Positions 18,501 to 28,502 of a DNA stretch of 64,000 bases are shown here, piece by piece. The notes under the pieces were generated by a model. The model saw nothing but the letters and a program-made list of their open reading frames with translations. It was not told the DNA's origin and ran no database searches. A program made the position numbers and the translations under genes. Source of the stretch: Anaeromyxobacter sp. (GTDB lineage Bacteria > Myxococcota > Myxococcia > Myxococcales > Anaeromyxobacteraceae); the NCBI GenBank assembly GCA_049840735.1, contig JASGJN010000026.1:128001-192000 (forward strand). Reading direction: 5' to 3'. Numbering within the stretch: position 1 is the first letter of the stretch; every line of letters starts with the position of its first letter.

Positions 18501-19127
18501 TCAGGGCGAGTAGGTGACGTCGTAGAAGTCGTCCCAGTGCGTGTAGCTGCCGGCGCTGGAGACGTAGGCGTCGTAGGTGATGATCCGCTCGTCGCCGTGG
18601 CAGGGTGCCCACGGGTCGAGGATCACCACGTAGTTGGTGCCGTTCAGCGTCAGGTAGCCCTTGGCGACCATCATGTGCCCGCCGCCGCCGGTCCACCCCC
18701 AGGAGTAGGCGACCGGGGTCTTCTTGCAGTTCTTCTCGTTGGAGAGCTGCTTGCGCAAGTCATCCCAGGAGAGCGCCGCGCTGCTCGTCCGCTTGAACTT
18801 GAAGCCGTACTTCTGGAACTCCGGCCAGCCCGGGCAGGCGCAGCCGGTGCAGTTGCCGTTCATGTCGTAGGTGGGCGCCTGCGGGTTCGGGCAGAGCGTG
18901 ATGCCGCAGCAGTCGTTGCGGCCGAAGCGGTTGTTGGCCTGCGTGCACTGGCTGGTGTCGTGGCCGAGGAAGTCCATCACCATCTGGCCACTCCCGGCCC
19001 AGCACCAGTTGCTGGTCTCCTGCGCGTGGCGCGTGACCGGCAGCGATCCGACCACCGCCGGTGTGCAGCAGCCTGACAGCGTCAGCGCGACCAGCGCCGC
19101 CGCGGCCCCTCCGATCAACCTGAGCAT
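18501..19127 (-). CDS. Papain-like (C39/AvrRpt2-like) cysteine protease lipoprotein
   Basis: Lipobox LSG-C; QETSNWCWA (catalytic Cys), GGHMMV (His), ILDPW (Asp). Confidence 0.85.
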   Translation of the reverse strand: MLRLIGGAAAALVALTLSGCCTPAVVGSLPVTRHAQETSNWCWAGSGQMVMDFLGHDTSQCTQANNRFGRNDCCGITLCPNPQAPTYDMNGNCTGCACPGWPEFQKYGFKFKRTSSAALSWDDLRKQLSNEKNCKKTPVAYSWGWTGGGGHMMVAKGYLTLNGTNYVVILDPWAPCHGDERIITYDAYVSSAGSYTHWDDFYDVTYSP

Positions 19128-19377
19128 GTGAACTCCCTTCGCGTCCTGCGTGGCGGGTTCACGGCGCGGGTCCCCACCCGAGCCCTTCACCCGCTGTCGT
19201 AGAAGCGCCCTTGTCCGTCCGTGTGACCGTAAGTGCAATTTCACGGTCCGTGGGCGGTTGGGGCCGGTCGATGGGACGCGACCGCGTGCACGAGCCCGGA
19301 GAGGTGCGGGCGCGCGGTCAGGCTCCGCGCGGGGAGCGCCGCCGGAGGGAGTGAGCGTGAACAATGGGCCGGGCGGC

Positions 19378-20458
19378 TCAGGACGCCGACGGATACGCGA
19401 GCAGCGGCTCCTCGCCCGCCACCACCCGCAGCGCGCCCTCGGCCAGCGCGCGCAGCTCGTCCTCGCCTGCGTGGACCTCGACCGGCGCGATCCAGCGGAG
19501 CTGCTCGCGAAGCCCCTCGGCGAAGAAGGGCAGGTGGCAGAGGCCGCCGGTGAGCAGCACCGCGTCCACCCGCCCGCCCAGCGCGGCCGCCAGCGCGCCG
19601 GCCGACTTGGCCACCTGGTAGCGCATGGCCTCCAGCACCAGCCGCGCGGCGGCGTCGCCGGCCTCGGCCCGCGCCAGCGCCTCGCGCGCGTCGCGGGTGC
19701 CCAGGTGGCTGAAGAGGCCGCCGTCGCCGAAGAGCCGCCGCTTCACCGCGGCCTGGCTGGCGCCGGGGGCGAAGCAGGCCTCCACCACCGCGGTGACCGG
19801 GACGCCGCCGGCCCGGTCGCCGGAGAACGGCCCCTCGTCCTGCGGGTTGACCACGTCCACCATGCGGCCGTCGCGGTGCGCCGAGAGCGAGACCCCGGTG
19901 CCGAGGTGGGCCACCACCAGGCGCAGCTCGGCGTAAGGGCGGCCGGCCGCGCGGGCGTGGCGGCGGGCCACCGCCCGCATGTTGAGGGCGTGGGAGAAGG
20001 AGCGGCGGGAGACGCCGGCCAGCCCGGTGACGCGGGCCACCGGCGTGAGCTCGTCCACCGAGAACCGGATCCACGATCAGCGCCAGCCCGCCGTGCGGCC
20101 GGGCCAGCGCCTGGGCCATGGGCGCGCCCAGGTTGGAGGCGTGCTGGCCGCGGGCGGCCGCCTCCAGGTCGCGCAGCATGGGCTCGGAGACGCCGTACGC
20201 GCCGGCGGCGAGCGGCGGCAGGAGCCCGCCGCGCCCGGCCACCGCGGCCAGCGCGCCGGGGGCCACGCCGGCGGCCTCCAGGAAGGCCTGGGCCGCCGCG
20301 ATGCGAGCGGGCAGCTCGTCCCAGCAGCGGGCGGCGGGTCGGGCCGAGAGCTCCGGGTGCTCCAGCTTCTCCTCGCGGACGCGCTCCTCGCCGCGGTAGA
20401 GCGCCAGCTTGGTCGAGCCGGCGCCGGGGTTCACCGCCAGCACCAGCGGCGCGGTCAC
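19378..20458 (-). CDS. buk: Butyrate kinase (apparent frameshift near 20063)
   Basis: NPGAGSTK, GRGGLL, HASNLGA, HALN, HLGTGVS and LTGGL motifs across two frames; GTGA overlap with ptb. Confidence 0.92.
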
Positions 20459-21375
20459 GGCGCGCTCCCGGCCACCAGCACGCCCAGCGCGATGGAGCAG
20501 AGCTTGTCCGCCGCCGACTCGACGCGCGAGGGGATGAGCACCGGGGCGCGGGCGCCGGCGATGACGTGCGCCACCGGGCGGCGGGCCAGGTAGGTGAAGG
20601 CCTTGCCCAGCGCGTTGCCGGCCTCGATGCTGGGGGCCAGGATCACGTCCGCCTGCCCGGCCACGGGGTCGGCGATCCCCTTGGCGCGGGCCGCCTCGGC
20701 GGAGACCAGGTTGTCGAGCGCCAGCGGCCCGGACACCTCGCACGCGCCCAGCTCGCCGGCGGCCGCGGCGCGGGCCAGCGCCTCGGCGTCGCGGGTGTGG
20801 GGCATGGCGTCGGAGCCCACCTCGGCCGCGCACAGGCACCCGACGCGGGGGCGGGCCACGCCCAGGGCGCGGAACACCGCCGCTGCGTTCTCGATGATCT
20901 GCTGCTTCTGCTCCAGCCCCGGCGCCACGTTCACGCCACCGTCGGTGACGCCCACCAGCCGCGGCGCCTGGGCCAGCGGGTGATCGGCCACCAGCACGTC
21001 GGAGAGGAGGCGGTCGGTGCGCAGCCCCTCGGTCCGGTGGAGCACCGCCCGCAGCAGGTCGGCGGTGGCGATCCGCCCCTTCAGGATCACCGCTCCCTCG
21101 CCCGCCCGCACCAGCGCCACCGCGCGCCGCGCGGCCTCCAGGTCGTCGCCCGCCGGCTCGAGCGTGAACTGCGAGGGGTCCTCTCCCAGCCGCTCCAGCC
21201 GCTCCCGCAGCGCCCGCGGCGCGCCGACCAGGACCACCTCGGCCAGCCCGCGGCGCCGGGCCTCGCCGGCCGCCGCCAGGGCGGTATCGCTCTCGGCCGC
21301 CGCCACCACCAGCCGCCGCGGCCCGGCCGCGCGCGCGGCCTCCACCAGGCGCTCCAGCGAAGGTATCGGACCCAT
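20455..21375 (-). CDS. ptb: Phosphate butyryltransferase
   Basis: GPLALDN, PSIEAGNALGK and GARAPVLIPSR motifs; adjacent to buk. Confidence 0.9.
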   Translation of the reverse strand: MGPIPSLERLVEAARAAGPRRLVVAAAESDTALAAAGEARRRGLAEVVLVGAPRALRERLERLGEDPSQFTLEPAGDDLEAARRAVALVRAGEGAVILKGRIATADLLRAVLHRTEGLRTDRLLSDVLVADHPLAQAPRLVGVTDGGVNVAPGLEQKQQIIENAAAVFRALGVARPRVGCLCAAEVGSDAMPHTRDAEALARAAAAGELGACEVSGPLALDNLVSAEAARAKGIADPVAGQADVILAPSIEAGNALGKAFTYLARRPVAHVIAGARAPVLIPSRVESAADKLCSIALGVLVAGSAP

Positions 21376-21442
21376 GCACGGCTGGTTATCATGTCCGGTC
21401 TGGCATGGGACTCCGTGATCCTACGTACCGGGCGGAGGTGGG

Positions 21443-22801
21443 ATGGAGCGGCGGGAGCTGAGCGGCGACGAGGCGGTCGGGCTGGCGGCCCGTGATGCGG
21501 GGGCCCACCTGGCCCTGGGGCCATCCGGCGCCGGCCTGCCCACGCTGGAGGCGTTCGCCGCCGTCGGGCTGCCGGCGCAGCGCGTCGCGGACCCCTCCGC
21601 CGCGGTGGACGCCGCGCTGGGGGCGGCGCTGGGCGGCGCGCGGGCGCTGGTGCTGGCAGGGCCCGGGGCGCTGGACGGCGCGGTCCGCCCGCTCTCGGCC
21701 GCGGCCCACGCCGGCTTCGACGGCGCGCTGGTGATCGCCGCCTGCGACGCGCCCGGCGCGGCCAGCTTCCCGCCGCCGCGCCACGCCCGCCACCACGCCT
21801 TCGCCGCCGGCGTCCCGCTGCTCGAGCCGGGCGACGTTCAGGAGGCCTACGACCTGACGCTGGGGGCGTTCGAGCTCTCCTCGCGCTGGCAGCTGCCGGT
21901 GCTCCTGCGGCTCACGCCGGCGGTGCGCCTGGCCCGGGCCCGGATCGTGCGCTGGGCCCACCCGCTCACGCCGCCGCCGCCACACCGCCCGGCCGGAACC
22001 TCGGCGCCGCGCGAGCCGAGCCGCTGGCGCGAGCAGAAGCTGTCGGCGCTGCAGGTGTTCGCCGAGGGGGCGGCGCTCAACGGCTGGACGCGCGGCGACG
22101 GCGGCATGGGCGTGATCGCCTCCGGCGCGGTGGCCCGCGCGACGCGCGAGGTGGCGCCCGAGGCCAGCCTGCTGGAGCTGCGGCTGGTCCACCCGCTGCC
22201 GGTGGAGAAGGCCCGCGACTTCGCGCGCTCGGTGCAGCGCTGCCTGGTGCTGGAGGACGGCGAGCCGGTGGTGGCGCGGGCGCTCCGCGCGGCGGGCGTG
22301 CCGGTGGAGGAGACGCCGGAGGGGTTCCGCGGCGTGGCGCTGGACGCGGCGGCCCTGCGGGCCATGCTGCGCGGCGCGCGCTCGGTGCGGGTGACCGAGG
22401 GGCCGCCGTCCGCCGGCGAGCCGGAGCCGGTCCGGGCCGCGCTGCGGCGGCTGGGGTGCCTGGCGCTGGAGGAGGCCGGGGCCGGGCCGGAGGGGCTGGC
22501 CGTGAGCCCGATCGCGGCGGCGCTGGGGCTCAGGCTGGTGCTGCCGGCCGAGGAAGCGCGGCGCGTGGTGGCGGTGGTGCGGGCCGCGGCGCTGGCCCGC
22601 GAGCTGGCCGCGCTGCCGCCCGGCGCGCCGCCGCCGCTGGTGGTGCTGGCGGGCGCTGGCGAGGAGGAGCGCGCGCTGGCGCAGCTGCGTGCCGCGGCGA
22701 TCGCGCAGGCGGAGGCGGTGGGCCCGGTCGCGCTGGAGGCGGCGCTGCGCGGGCAGCTGGAGGCGGGCGGAGCGGTGGGGGTGGTGGTGAGGGTGGGGTA
22801 G
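21443..22801 (+). CDS. Divergent IorA-like protein (indolepyruvate:ferredoxin oxidoreductase alpha subunit-like)
   Basis: LSGDEAVGLAA, LEPGDVQEAYDL..AFELS..LPVLLRLT and LVLEDGEP resemble IorA; canonical catalytic motifs are eroded. Confidence 0.6.
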   Translation: MERRELSGDEAVGLAARDAGAHLALGPSGAGLPTLEAFAAVGLPAQRVADPSAAVDAALGAALGGARALVLAGPGALDGAVRPLSAAAHAGFDGALVIAACDAPGAASFPPPRHARHHAFAAGVPLLEPGDVQEAYDLTLGAFELSSRWQLPVLLRLTPAVRLARARIVRWAHPLTPPPPHRPAGTSAPREPSRWREQKLSALQVFAEGAALNGWTRGDGGMGVIASGAVARATREVAPEASLLELRLVHPLPVEKARDFARSVQRCLVLEDGEPVVARALRAAGVPVEETPEGFRGVALDAAALRAMLRGARSVRVTEGPPSAGEPEPVRAALRRLGCLALEEAGAGPEGLAVSPIAAALGLRLVLPAEEARRVVAVVRAAALARELAALPPGAPPPLVVLAGAGEEERALAQLRAAAIAQAEAVGPVALEAALRGQLEAGGAVGVVVRVG

Positions 22802-22803
22802 CG

Positions 22804-24123
22804 TCAGCCGCGCGGGGCCACGCGCTCGGCCAGGCTCGAGACGGCTCCGAGCGCGCGCTCGGCAAAGCTCCGCACCTCCTGGCCCAGCCCTTCGTTCTCG
22901 CGCACGCCGCGCCAGTACCGCAGCGCCCAGGCGGCCGCGTCCGGCCAGATGTCCAGCGTGGCTGCGGTGGGCGGGCTCGGGCGCAGCTCGCGCGAGAACA
23001 CCTCGTCCCCGGAGGGGGCGAGGATCATGGGCAGCGTGTCGTAGGCCGGGGCGAGTCGCAGGCGCAGGTCGTCGCCGACGAGGAACGAGACGTTCCCGAA
23101 GTGCCGGTCGGTGTTCCCGATCAGGTTCCCGAACACGTCCAGCCAGCGCAGCGCCGTCGCGTCGTCCTCGGGCAGGAGGAAGGGGCGCCCGCGGAAGGCC
23201 AGCGCCGCCGCCGTCCAGCTGTCGAGGTTGCCGCCGTACTCGTTCACGAGGGCGAGCAGCGAAAGCACCGCGCGGCGTCCGAGCCTTCCCACGCGATCGA
23301 AGCGCTCCACCTCCAGGAAGCGCCAGCCCGCCACGTCCAGGCACCGCGCCCGCGCGGCGGTCCGGCCGGCGGCGCGGATGGTCTCTAGCGCGTGCCACTC
23401 GCACCAGAGGAGATCCGCCCACCGCCGGGCCGCGGGCGTGTCGGCATCCGGTGAGAACTTCACCAGCACATGGCGGCCGCCGGAGAAGACGCCGATCTTG
23501 GGCCGCTCGCCACCAGCGGAGGAGCCGACGTCCTCGAAGGCCGAGCGCCTGGCCAGCTCCGGGAACCGATCCGGATCGACCTCCGGCGGCGCCTGCGCGA
23601 GGAACCGGCGCAGGGATTCGTCGCCGACGATCAGGTCGCCGACGCAGTCCTCGCCGCGCCGGGCGAGCGCGATGAGCCGGTGCTCATCCGACCAGTCGAG
23701 GATCCGCTGCGGGAGGCCAAGCTCCTCCGCGTGCCGGAGCCCGAAGGCGCGGCCCATGTAGCCCTGGGGCGCCATGTCGGCGAGCGCGGGCGGCAGACCT
23801 TCGAAGAGCACGCCCCGCGCCGGCGCTGCGCGCTCCCAGTAGGTCCGGCCAGCCCAGAGCAGGTGGAGCTTGCCGGCCTGGGTCGGCGCACCGAGCTCGT
23901 CGACCTTGAAGACGGGCAGGCTGCGTCCCAGCCCCTCGATGCGCCGTGTCCGGGCGTACTGGGTCGCCCGGGCTCGCCCAACGCGGATCACCTCGTCCCC
24001 GAGCGCGTCGGCCACGCGCATGAGCGTGGCCGACGAGATCCCCAGCTGTCCTCGGAGAGCAGCCGAGGAGGCCAGGCCGGTGAAGCCCAGCGCCTCCAGG
24101 AACTCGCTCCGCGCGACGGCCAT
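22804..24123 (-). CDS. yjjJ: HipA-family Ser/Thr kinase toxin, YjjJ type
   Basis: N-terminal HTH (LGISSATLMR..GRARATQYA); GSSAGGERPK, IGNTDRHFGN and LAPAYD motifs. Confidence 0.88.
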   Translation of the reverse strand: MAVARSEFLEALGFTGLASSAALRGQLGISSATLMRVADALGDEVIRVGRARATQYARTRRIEGLGRSLPVFKVDELGAPTQAGKLHLLWAGRTYWERAAPARGVLFEGLPPALADMAPQGYMGRAFGLRHAEELGLPQRILDWSDEHRLIALARRGEDCVGDLIVGDESLRRFLAQAPPEVDPDRFPELARRSAFEDVGSSAGGERPKIGVFSGGRHVLVKFSPDADTPAARRWADLLWCEWHALETIRAAGRTAARARCLDVAGWRFLEVERFDRVGRLGRRAVLSLLALVNEYGGNLDSWTAAALAFRGRPFLLPEDDATALRWLDVFGNLIGNTDRHFGNVSFLVGDDLRLRLAPAYDTLPMILAPSGDEVFSRELRPSPPTAATLDIWPDAAAWALRYWRGVRENEGLGQEVRSFAERALGAVSSLAERVAPRG

Positions 24124-24226
24124 GTGAAACGATTTAGGACGCGATTATTGATGTGTCAAGTATTTAACAATACCTAGAAAAACGAACACGCAAGAACTCT
24201 AGACTGAAACAATTAATGAAACGATT
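24124..24226 (-). promoter_or_regulatory. yjjJ promoter TTGACA-17-TAAATC with three TGAAACRATT boxes
   Basis: -35 at 24154-24159, -10 at 24131-24136, 7 nt to ATG; boxes at 24125, 24205 and 24217; AT-rich. Confidence 0.65.
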
Positions 24227-24395
24227 CCTGGGGGGGGGGGGTCGTTCCCGCTCCCGAGGCGCCGTCTCGCAGGAAGCTGGCTGGGCTCGCGCATGGCCCG
24301 AAGCCAGCGCGGGGACCTGGAGCGACGTCGGAAGGCGGCCGCAGGCTTGCGGCAGCGGTGGGAGGCGGGGCGAGGCGGGCCCGTCGGGCGCGCGG

Positions 24396-24794
24396 CTACA
24401 GGCCGCCGCGGTGCCGCCTGGTGAGGCGACGCAGCCGGCGGGCGCGCTGCGGCGCTAGCTCTTCCAGCAGCTCCTCCTCCTCGGTGGCGCGGGCCAGCAT
24501 GCGGCGCGTGCGCAGGGCCTCGAACGCGAGCAGCGCCACCGTGGCGACCGGGAGCGCCAGCGCCGCCGGCCAGAAGCCCGCCGCCCGGTAGAGCCAGCCG
24601 AAGAAGACGTACCCGAGCTGCGCCTGGCCGGACTCGAGCTCCCACAGGGCCCAGGCGTTGTACGCGGAGGCCGCGGTGAGCAGCGCGGCGAGGATGAGCG
24701 CGCGGTGGAGCTGGCGGCGGGCGATGAGCTGCCGCGCCACGGTCAGAGATCCGGCGTCGAGCGCGTCGGTGCCCGCGGGAGGGGGAGGGAGCAC
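24396..24794 (-). CDS. Small membrane hypothetical protein
   Basis: Two or three hydrophobic segments; TAAGCT 6 nt before GTG. Confidence 0.6.
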   Translation of the reverse strand: MLPPPPAGTDALDAGSLTVARQLIARRQLHRALILAALLTAASAYNAWALWELESGQAQLGYVFFGWLYRAAGFWPAALALPVATVALLAFEALRTRRMLARATEEEELLEELAPQRARRLRRLTRRHRGGL

Positions 24795-24903
24795 GCGCGG
24801 AGCTTAGCCGAGATCCGTTCATGGAGGGCGGCCTAGCGCCGTAACGCGACCGCCCGCGCTCCTCTCGGAGGCGGGCGGCCGGTGAAGCCAGAGGCTCGTC
24901 GGG

Positions 24904-26817
24904 CTACTTCTTCTTCGCCTTCGCGTCGGCCTTCTCCATCCGCGCCAGGATCTTCTCCATCTCGTCCATGGTCGAGTTCATCTCGGCGATGGTGGCGTCG
25001 AACGGCTTCGACGTGGTCATGTCCACGCCGGCGCCCTTGAGCAGGTCGATGGGGTACTTCGAGCCGCCCGCCGCCAGCATGCCGAGGTAGGCGTCGCGCT
25101 TGGCGGTGCCCTTCCCCTTGGCCGCCTCCTCGCGGATGCCGCGCGCCAGCGCGGTGGAGGCCACGAAGCTGGTGGCGTACTGGTACACGTAGAACGGCCG
25201 GTAGAAGTGGGGGATGAAGGCCCACTCGATGCCCAGCAGGTCGTCGACCTGGCACACGCCCTTGTCGTGCCCGTAGTAGGTGCGGACCGTCTCCAGGTAC
25301 ATCTGCGATAGGTTCTCGCCGGTCAGCGTCTCGCCCTTCTCCGCCTTCTGGTGCATCTGCAGCTCGAAGTCGGCGAACTGCGCCTGCCGGAAGAGCGTGG
25401 TGCGCGCGCCGTCCAGCCAGGCGCCCAGCAGCGAGAGGCGGGTGGCGTCGTCCTTGGCCTTCCCCAGCATGTGGTGCAGGAGCAGGTTCTCGTTGAGCGT
25501 GGAGGCCACCTCGGCCACGAAGAGCGCGTAGCCGGAGGTCGGGTAGGGCTGGGCCTCGAAGGCCAGCGCGGTGTGGATGGAGTGGCCGGACTCGTGGGCG
25601 AACGTGGACACGTCGTCGTAGCGCCCGTTGAAGTTGAGCAGCTGGTACGGGTGGACGCCGTAGACGCCGGTCGAGTACGCGCCGGAGCGCTTGCCGGTGG
25701 AGGGCAGGTAGTCGGTCCAGCCGGACTCGAAGCCCTTGCTCAGCATGCCGGTGTACTTCTTGCCCAGCGGCGCCACCGCCTGGAGCACGATCTGGCGCGC
25801 CTGGTCGGGGTCGAACTTCATGTCGACCTTGTCGACCAGCGGCACGTACAGGTCCTGGTAGCGCAGCTTGTCCAGCTTGAGGATGCGCTGGCGCAGCGCC
25901 AGGTAGCGGTGGAGCGTGGGCAGGCTGCGGCGCACGTCCGAGACGAGCTGCGTGTAGACCGTGGTCGGGATGGCGTTGGGGAAGAGCGAGGCCTCGAGGT
26001 TCGAGTCGTAGTGCCGGGCCTTGCGGGTGAAGCTCTGCGCCTTCACGGCCGAGTAGAGGTTCGCGCCCATGGTGCGCTCGTAGCCCTTGAGCGCGCCGAA
26101 GAAGTTCGCGAAGACCAGGGTCCGGTCGTCGAGGTTCCGGTCCTGCCGGTGCAGGCCGTAGCCGGACTGGTCGAGCCGGACCTCCTCACCGGTGGAGAGC
26201 TTCACGGTGGGCCAGGGCAGGTCGGCGTTGGCCAGCAGCCCGTAGGCGTTGCTGCCGGCGCCGCCCAGGTCGCTGGCCTGCGCGATCAGCTCCTCCTCGG
26301 GGGCGGAGCGGGTGTGCGGCTTCAGCCGCAGCGTGTCGTCGAGGAAGAAGCGCCAGGGCTCGAGCCGCTTCTCCTGGTCGAGGAAGCCCTTCACCTGGGC
26401 CGGGTCCATGGCGATCACCTCCGGCTGCAGCCAGGAGGTGGCGGCCGACAGGTCCACCCAGAGCTGCTCGGCGGCCTGCTTCTGCTCCAGCGGCGCCGAG
26501 GCGCGGGTGTCCTCGTCCGAGCGGGAGGAGGCGTAGACGTAGAGCCGCTCCAGGTCCAGCTGCGCCTTCCAGATGGCGTCGAGGGCCTCGAACATCGCGG
26601 CCGGCGACTTGGCCAGCGTGCCCTGGTACTTGCCCAGCTCGGGGATGCGCTTGGCCAGCGCGTCGCGTCCGGCGGCCCAGTCGGCGTCGGTCTTGTACAG
26701 CTCGGTCAGGTTCCACTTGTACTTGTCCGGAATCTCGGACCGGTCCTTGGCCGCGGCGGTGGCGGCGGCCGGCGCTGCGGCGAGCAGCGTGAGCAGGGCG
26801 AGCGAGAGGCTTCTCAT
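24904..26817 (-). CDS. pepF: Oligoendopeptidase F (M3B) with signal peptide
   Basis: RSEIPDKYKWNL, GKRSGAY, zinc motif HESGH, AEVAST, IPHFY..FYVYQY. Confidence 0.93.
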   Translation of the reverse strand: MRSLSLALLTLLAAAPAAATAAAKDRSEIPDKYKWNLTELYKTDADWAAGRDALAKRIPELGKYQGTLAKSPAAMFEALDAIWKAQLDLERLYVYASSRSDEDTRASAPLEQKQAAEQLWVDLSAATSWLQPEVIAMDPAQVKGFLDQEKRLEPWRFFLDDTLRLKPHTRSAPEEELIAQASDLGGAGSNAYGLLANADLPWPTVKLSTGEEVRLDQSGYGLHRQDRNLDDRTLVFANFFGALKGYERTMGANLYSAVKAQSFTRKARHYDSNLEASLFPNAIPTTVYTQLVSDVRRSLPTLHRYLALRQRILKLDKLRYQDLYVPLVDKVDMKFDPDQARQIVLQAVAPLGKKYTGMLSKGFESGWTDYLPSTGKRSGAYSTGVYGVHPYQLLNFNGRYDDVSTFAHESGHSIHTALAFEAQPYPTSGYALFVAEVASTLNENLLLHHMLGKAKDDATRLSLLGAWLDGARTTLFRQAQFADFELQMHQKAEKGETLTGENLSQMYLETVRTYYGHDKGVCQVDDLLGIEWAFIPHFYRPFYVYQYATSFVASTALARGIREEAAKGKGTAKRDAYLGMLAAGGSKYPIDLLKGAGVDMTTSKPFDATIAEMNSTMDEMEKILARMEKADAKAKKK

Positions 26818-27036
26818 GTGGCGGACTCCCGATGCGGTTGGAGGGCACCTCTCCAGAGGCGGCGCCTGGCGCTTCGTGACAGGGCGGCGCGGCCCCGGTT
26901 GGCGCGGGCATCCTAACGCCGGTGCGCGGTGGGGGGCAGCTTTGGCGTAAGCTCGGCCCTCGAGGAGTTTCGGGGACTGGGCCCGCCCGGGCCCCTGACG
27001 GGACGGGGCCGGCGGGCCGGTGAGGAGGAGGACGCC

Positions 27037-27423
27037 ATGGCCATCTACGTGGTCCGGCTGGGCAGCCCGCGGGCCAAGGGCGAGGGGCTGCGCCTCGGCA
27101 CCGTGCGCCGCCCGCCGCGCGGGGTCCCGAAGGCCGAGTTCGCGAAGCGCGACTTCTACGACGTCTGGCTGCCGCTCCTCTCGCCCAGCGCCGAGCTGGT
27201 GAAGCGGGCGCAGGGGGCGGTCAGCGACAAGGAGTGGGCCGCCTTCAAGCGCGCCTACCGCAAGGAGATGGCGCAGCCCGAGGCCGGCCACGTGCTGGAC
27301 CTGCTGGCCGCGCTCTCGCACGCGACGGACCTGGCCGTGGGCTGCTACTGCGCCGACGAGGCGCGCTGCCACCGCTCGGTGCTGCGCGAGCTGCTGCGGG
27401 AGCGGGGGGCGGAGGTCGGGTGA
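27037..27423 (+). CDS. DUF488 family protein
   Basis: TVRRPPRGVPK..W.PLLSPS and CYC.DEARCHRS motifs; strong RBS. Confidence 0.85.
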   Translation: MAIYVVRLGSPRAKGEGLRLGTVRRPPRGVPKAEFAKRDFYDVWLPLLSPSAELVKRAQGAVSDKEWAAFKRAYRKEMAQPEAGHVLDLLAALSHATDLAVGCYCADEARCHRSVLRELLRERGAEVG

Positions 27424-27428
27424 CCCTG

Positions 27429-27608
27429 GGCTTCGACTCCGCGAGCCCTCCGGGCTCGCTACGCTCCGCCGGACGGAGGGTGTACGTGGATCCGGATATG
27501 AACGGAGGGTGAACATCGACCAGGCCCGGCGTCGCGCGCCCCCCGCGGCCGGTGACCACCGTTCGACGTGAGCGTAGCCGCAGCAGCGCGGCGGCGAAGT
27601 CGAAGGCC
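27429..27608. repeat. Two convergent copies of the TTCGAC...GCTCAG repeat
   Basis: Copies at 27429-27476 (+) and 27559-27608 (-). Confidence 0.8.
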
Positions 27609-27688
27609 AGGGATCAGCGACTCGCGCCCCCGGGCCGCGGCGCGGCTGGTGCCCCGCCGCGCCGCGCGGTAGAACCACCTCTCTCACC

Positions 27689-28444
27689 ATGCTCGACCTC
27701 TTCGCCCGCACCTCCGGCACCTGGATCAACGTCGCCGCCGTCTTCGTCGGCACCGCCTTCGGCGCCACGGTGGGCGCGCGGCTGCCGGAGCGGCTGGGCA
27801 AGACGCTGATGCAGGTGCTGGGGCTGACCACGCTGTTCGTCGGGCTGGGGATGGCCCGCGGGCTGGACACGGTCCGCTCCGGCCCGCTGCCGGGGGTGAT
27901 CCTGGCGCTGGTGAGCCTGGCGCTGGGCGCGGTGGTGGGCGAGCTCATGGGGCTGGAGGAGAAGCTGGCCGGGCTGGGCGAGGCGGTGCGCAAGCGGGTG
28001 GGCGGCGGCGGGCGCTTCACCGAGGGGTTCGTGACCGCGTCCCTCCTCTTCTGCATCGGCCCCATGGCCATCGTCGGCTCGATCCAGAACGGCCTGGCGC
28101 TCGATGCCCGGACGCTGATCCTCAAGGCCACGCTGGACGGCATCGCCTGCGTGGCGCTGGCCGGCGTCTACGGCGTGGGGGTGGGCTTCTCGGCCGGGCC
28201 GCTCTTGATCCTGCAGGGCGGGATCAGCCTGGGCGCGGCGGCGCTGGCCCGGGTGCTGCCGGATCCAGCCACGGATCCGCGGGTGCTGGCGGTGAGCGGC
28301 GCGGGCGGGCTCCTGGTGGTGGGCATCGGCGTGAACCTGCTGCTGGCCGGCGTGGGGCTGGAGGACAAGCGGATCCGGCTGGGGAGCATGCTGCCGGCGC
28401 TGGTGATCGCGCCGCTGCTGCATGTGCTGCTCACCGGGCTGTGA
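27689..28444 (+). CDS. DUF554 family membrane protein
   Basis: GTWINVAAV, EGFVTASLLFCIGPMAIVG, KATLDG and QGGI motifs. Confidence 0.9.
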   Translation: MLDLFARTSGTWINVAAVFVGTAFGATVGARLPERLGKTLMQVLGLTTLFVGLGMARGLDTVRSGPLPGVILALVSLALGAVVGELMGLEEKLAGLGEAVRKRVGGGGRFTEGFVTASLLFCIGPMAIVGSIQNGLALDARTLILKATLDGIACVALAGVYGVGVGFSAGPLLILQGGISLGAAALARVLPDPATDPRVLAVSGAGGLLVVGIGVNLLLAGVGLEDKRIRLGSMLPALVIAPLLHVLLTGL

Positions 28445-28502
28445 AGCCGTGAAGCCCGCGCGTGACGGGCTGGCGGCCCGGGGCCGCGGTTAGGCTCCGG
28501 AG

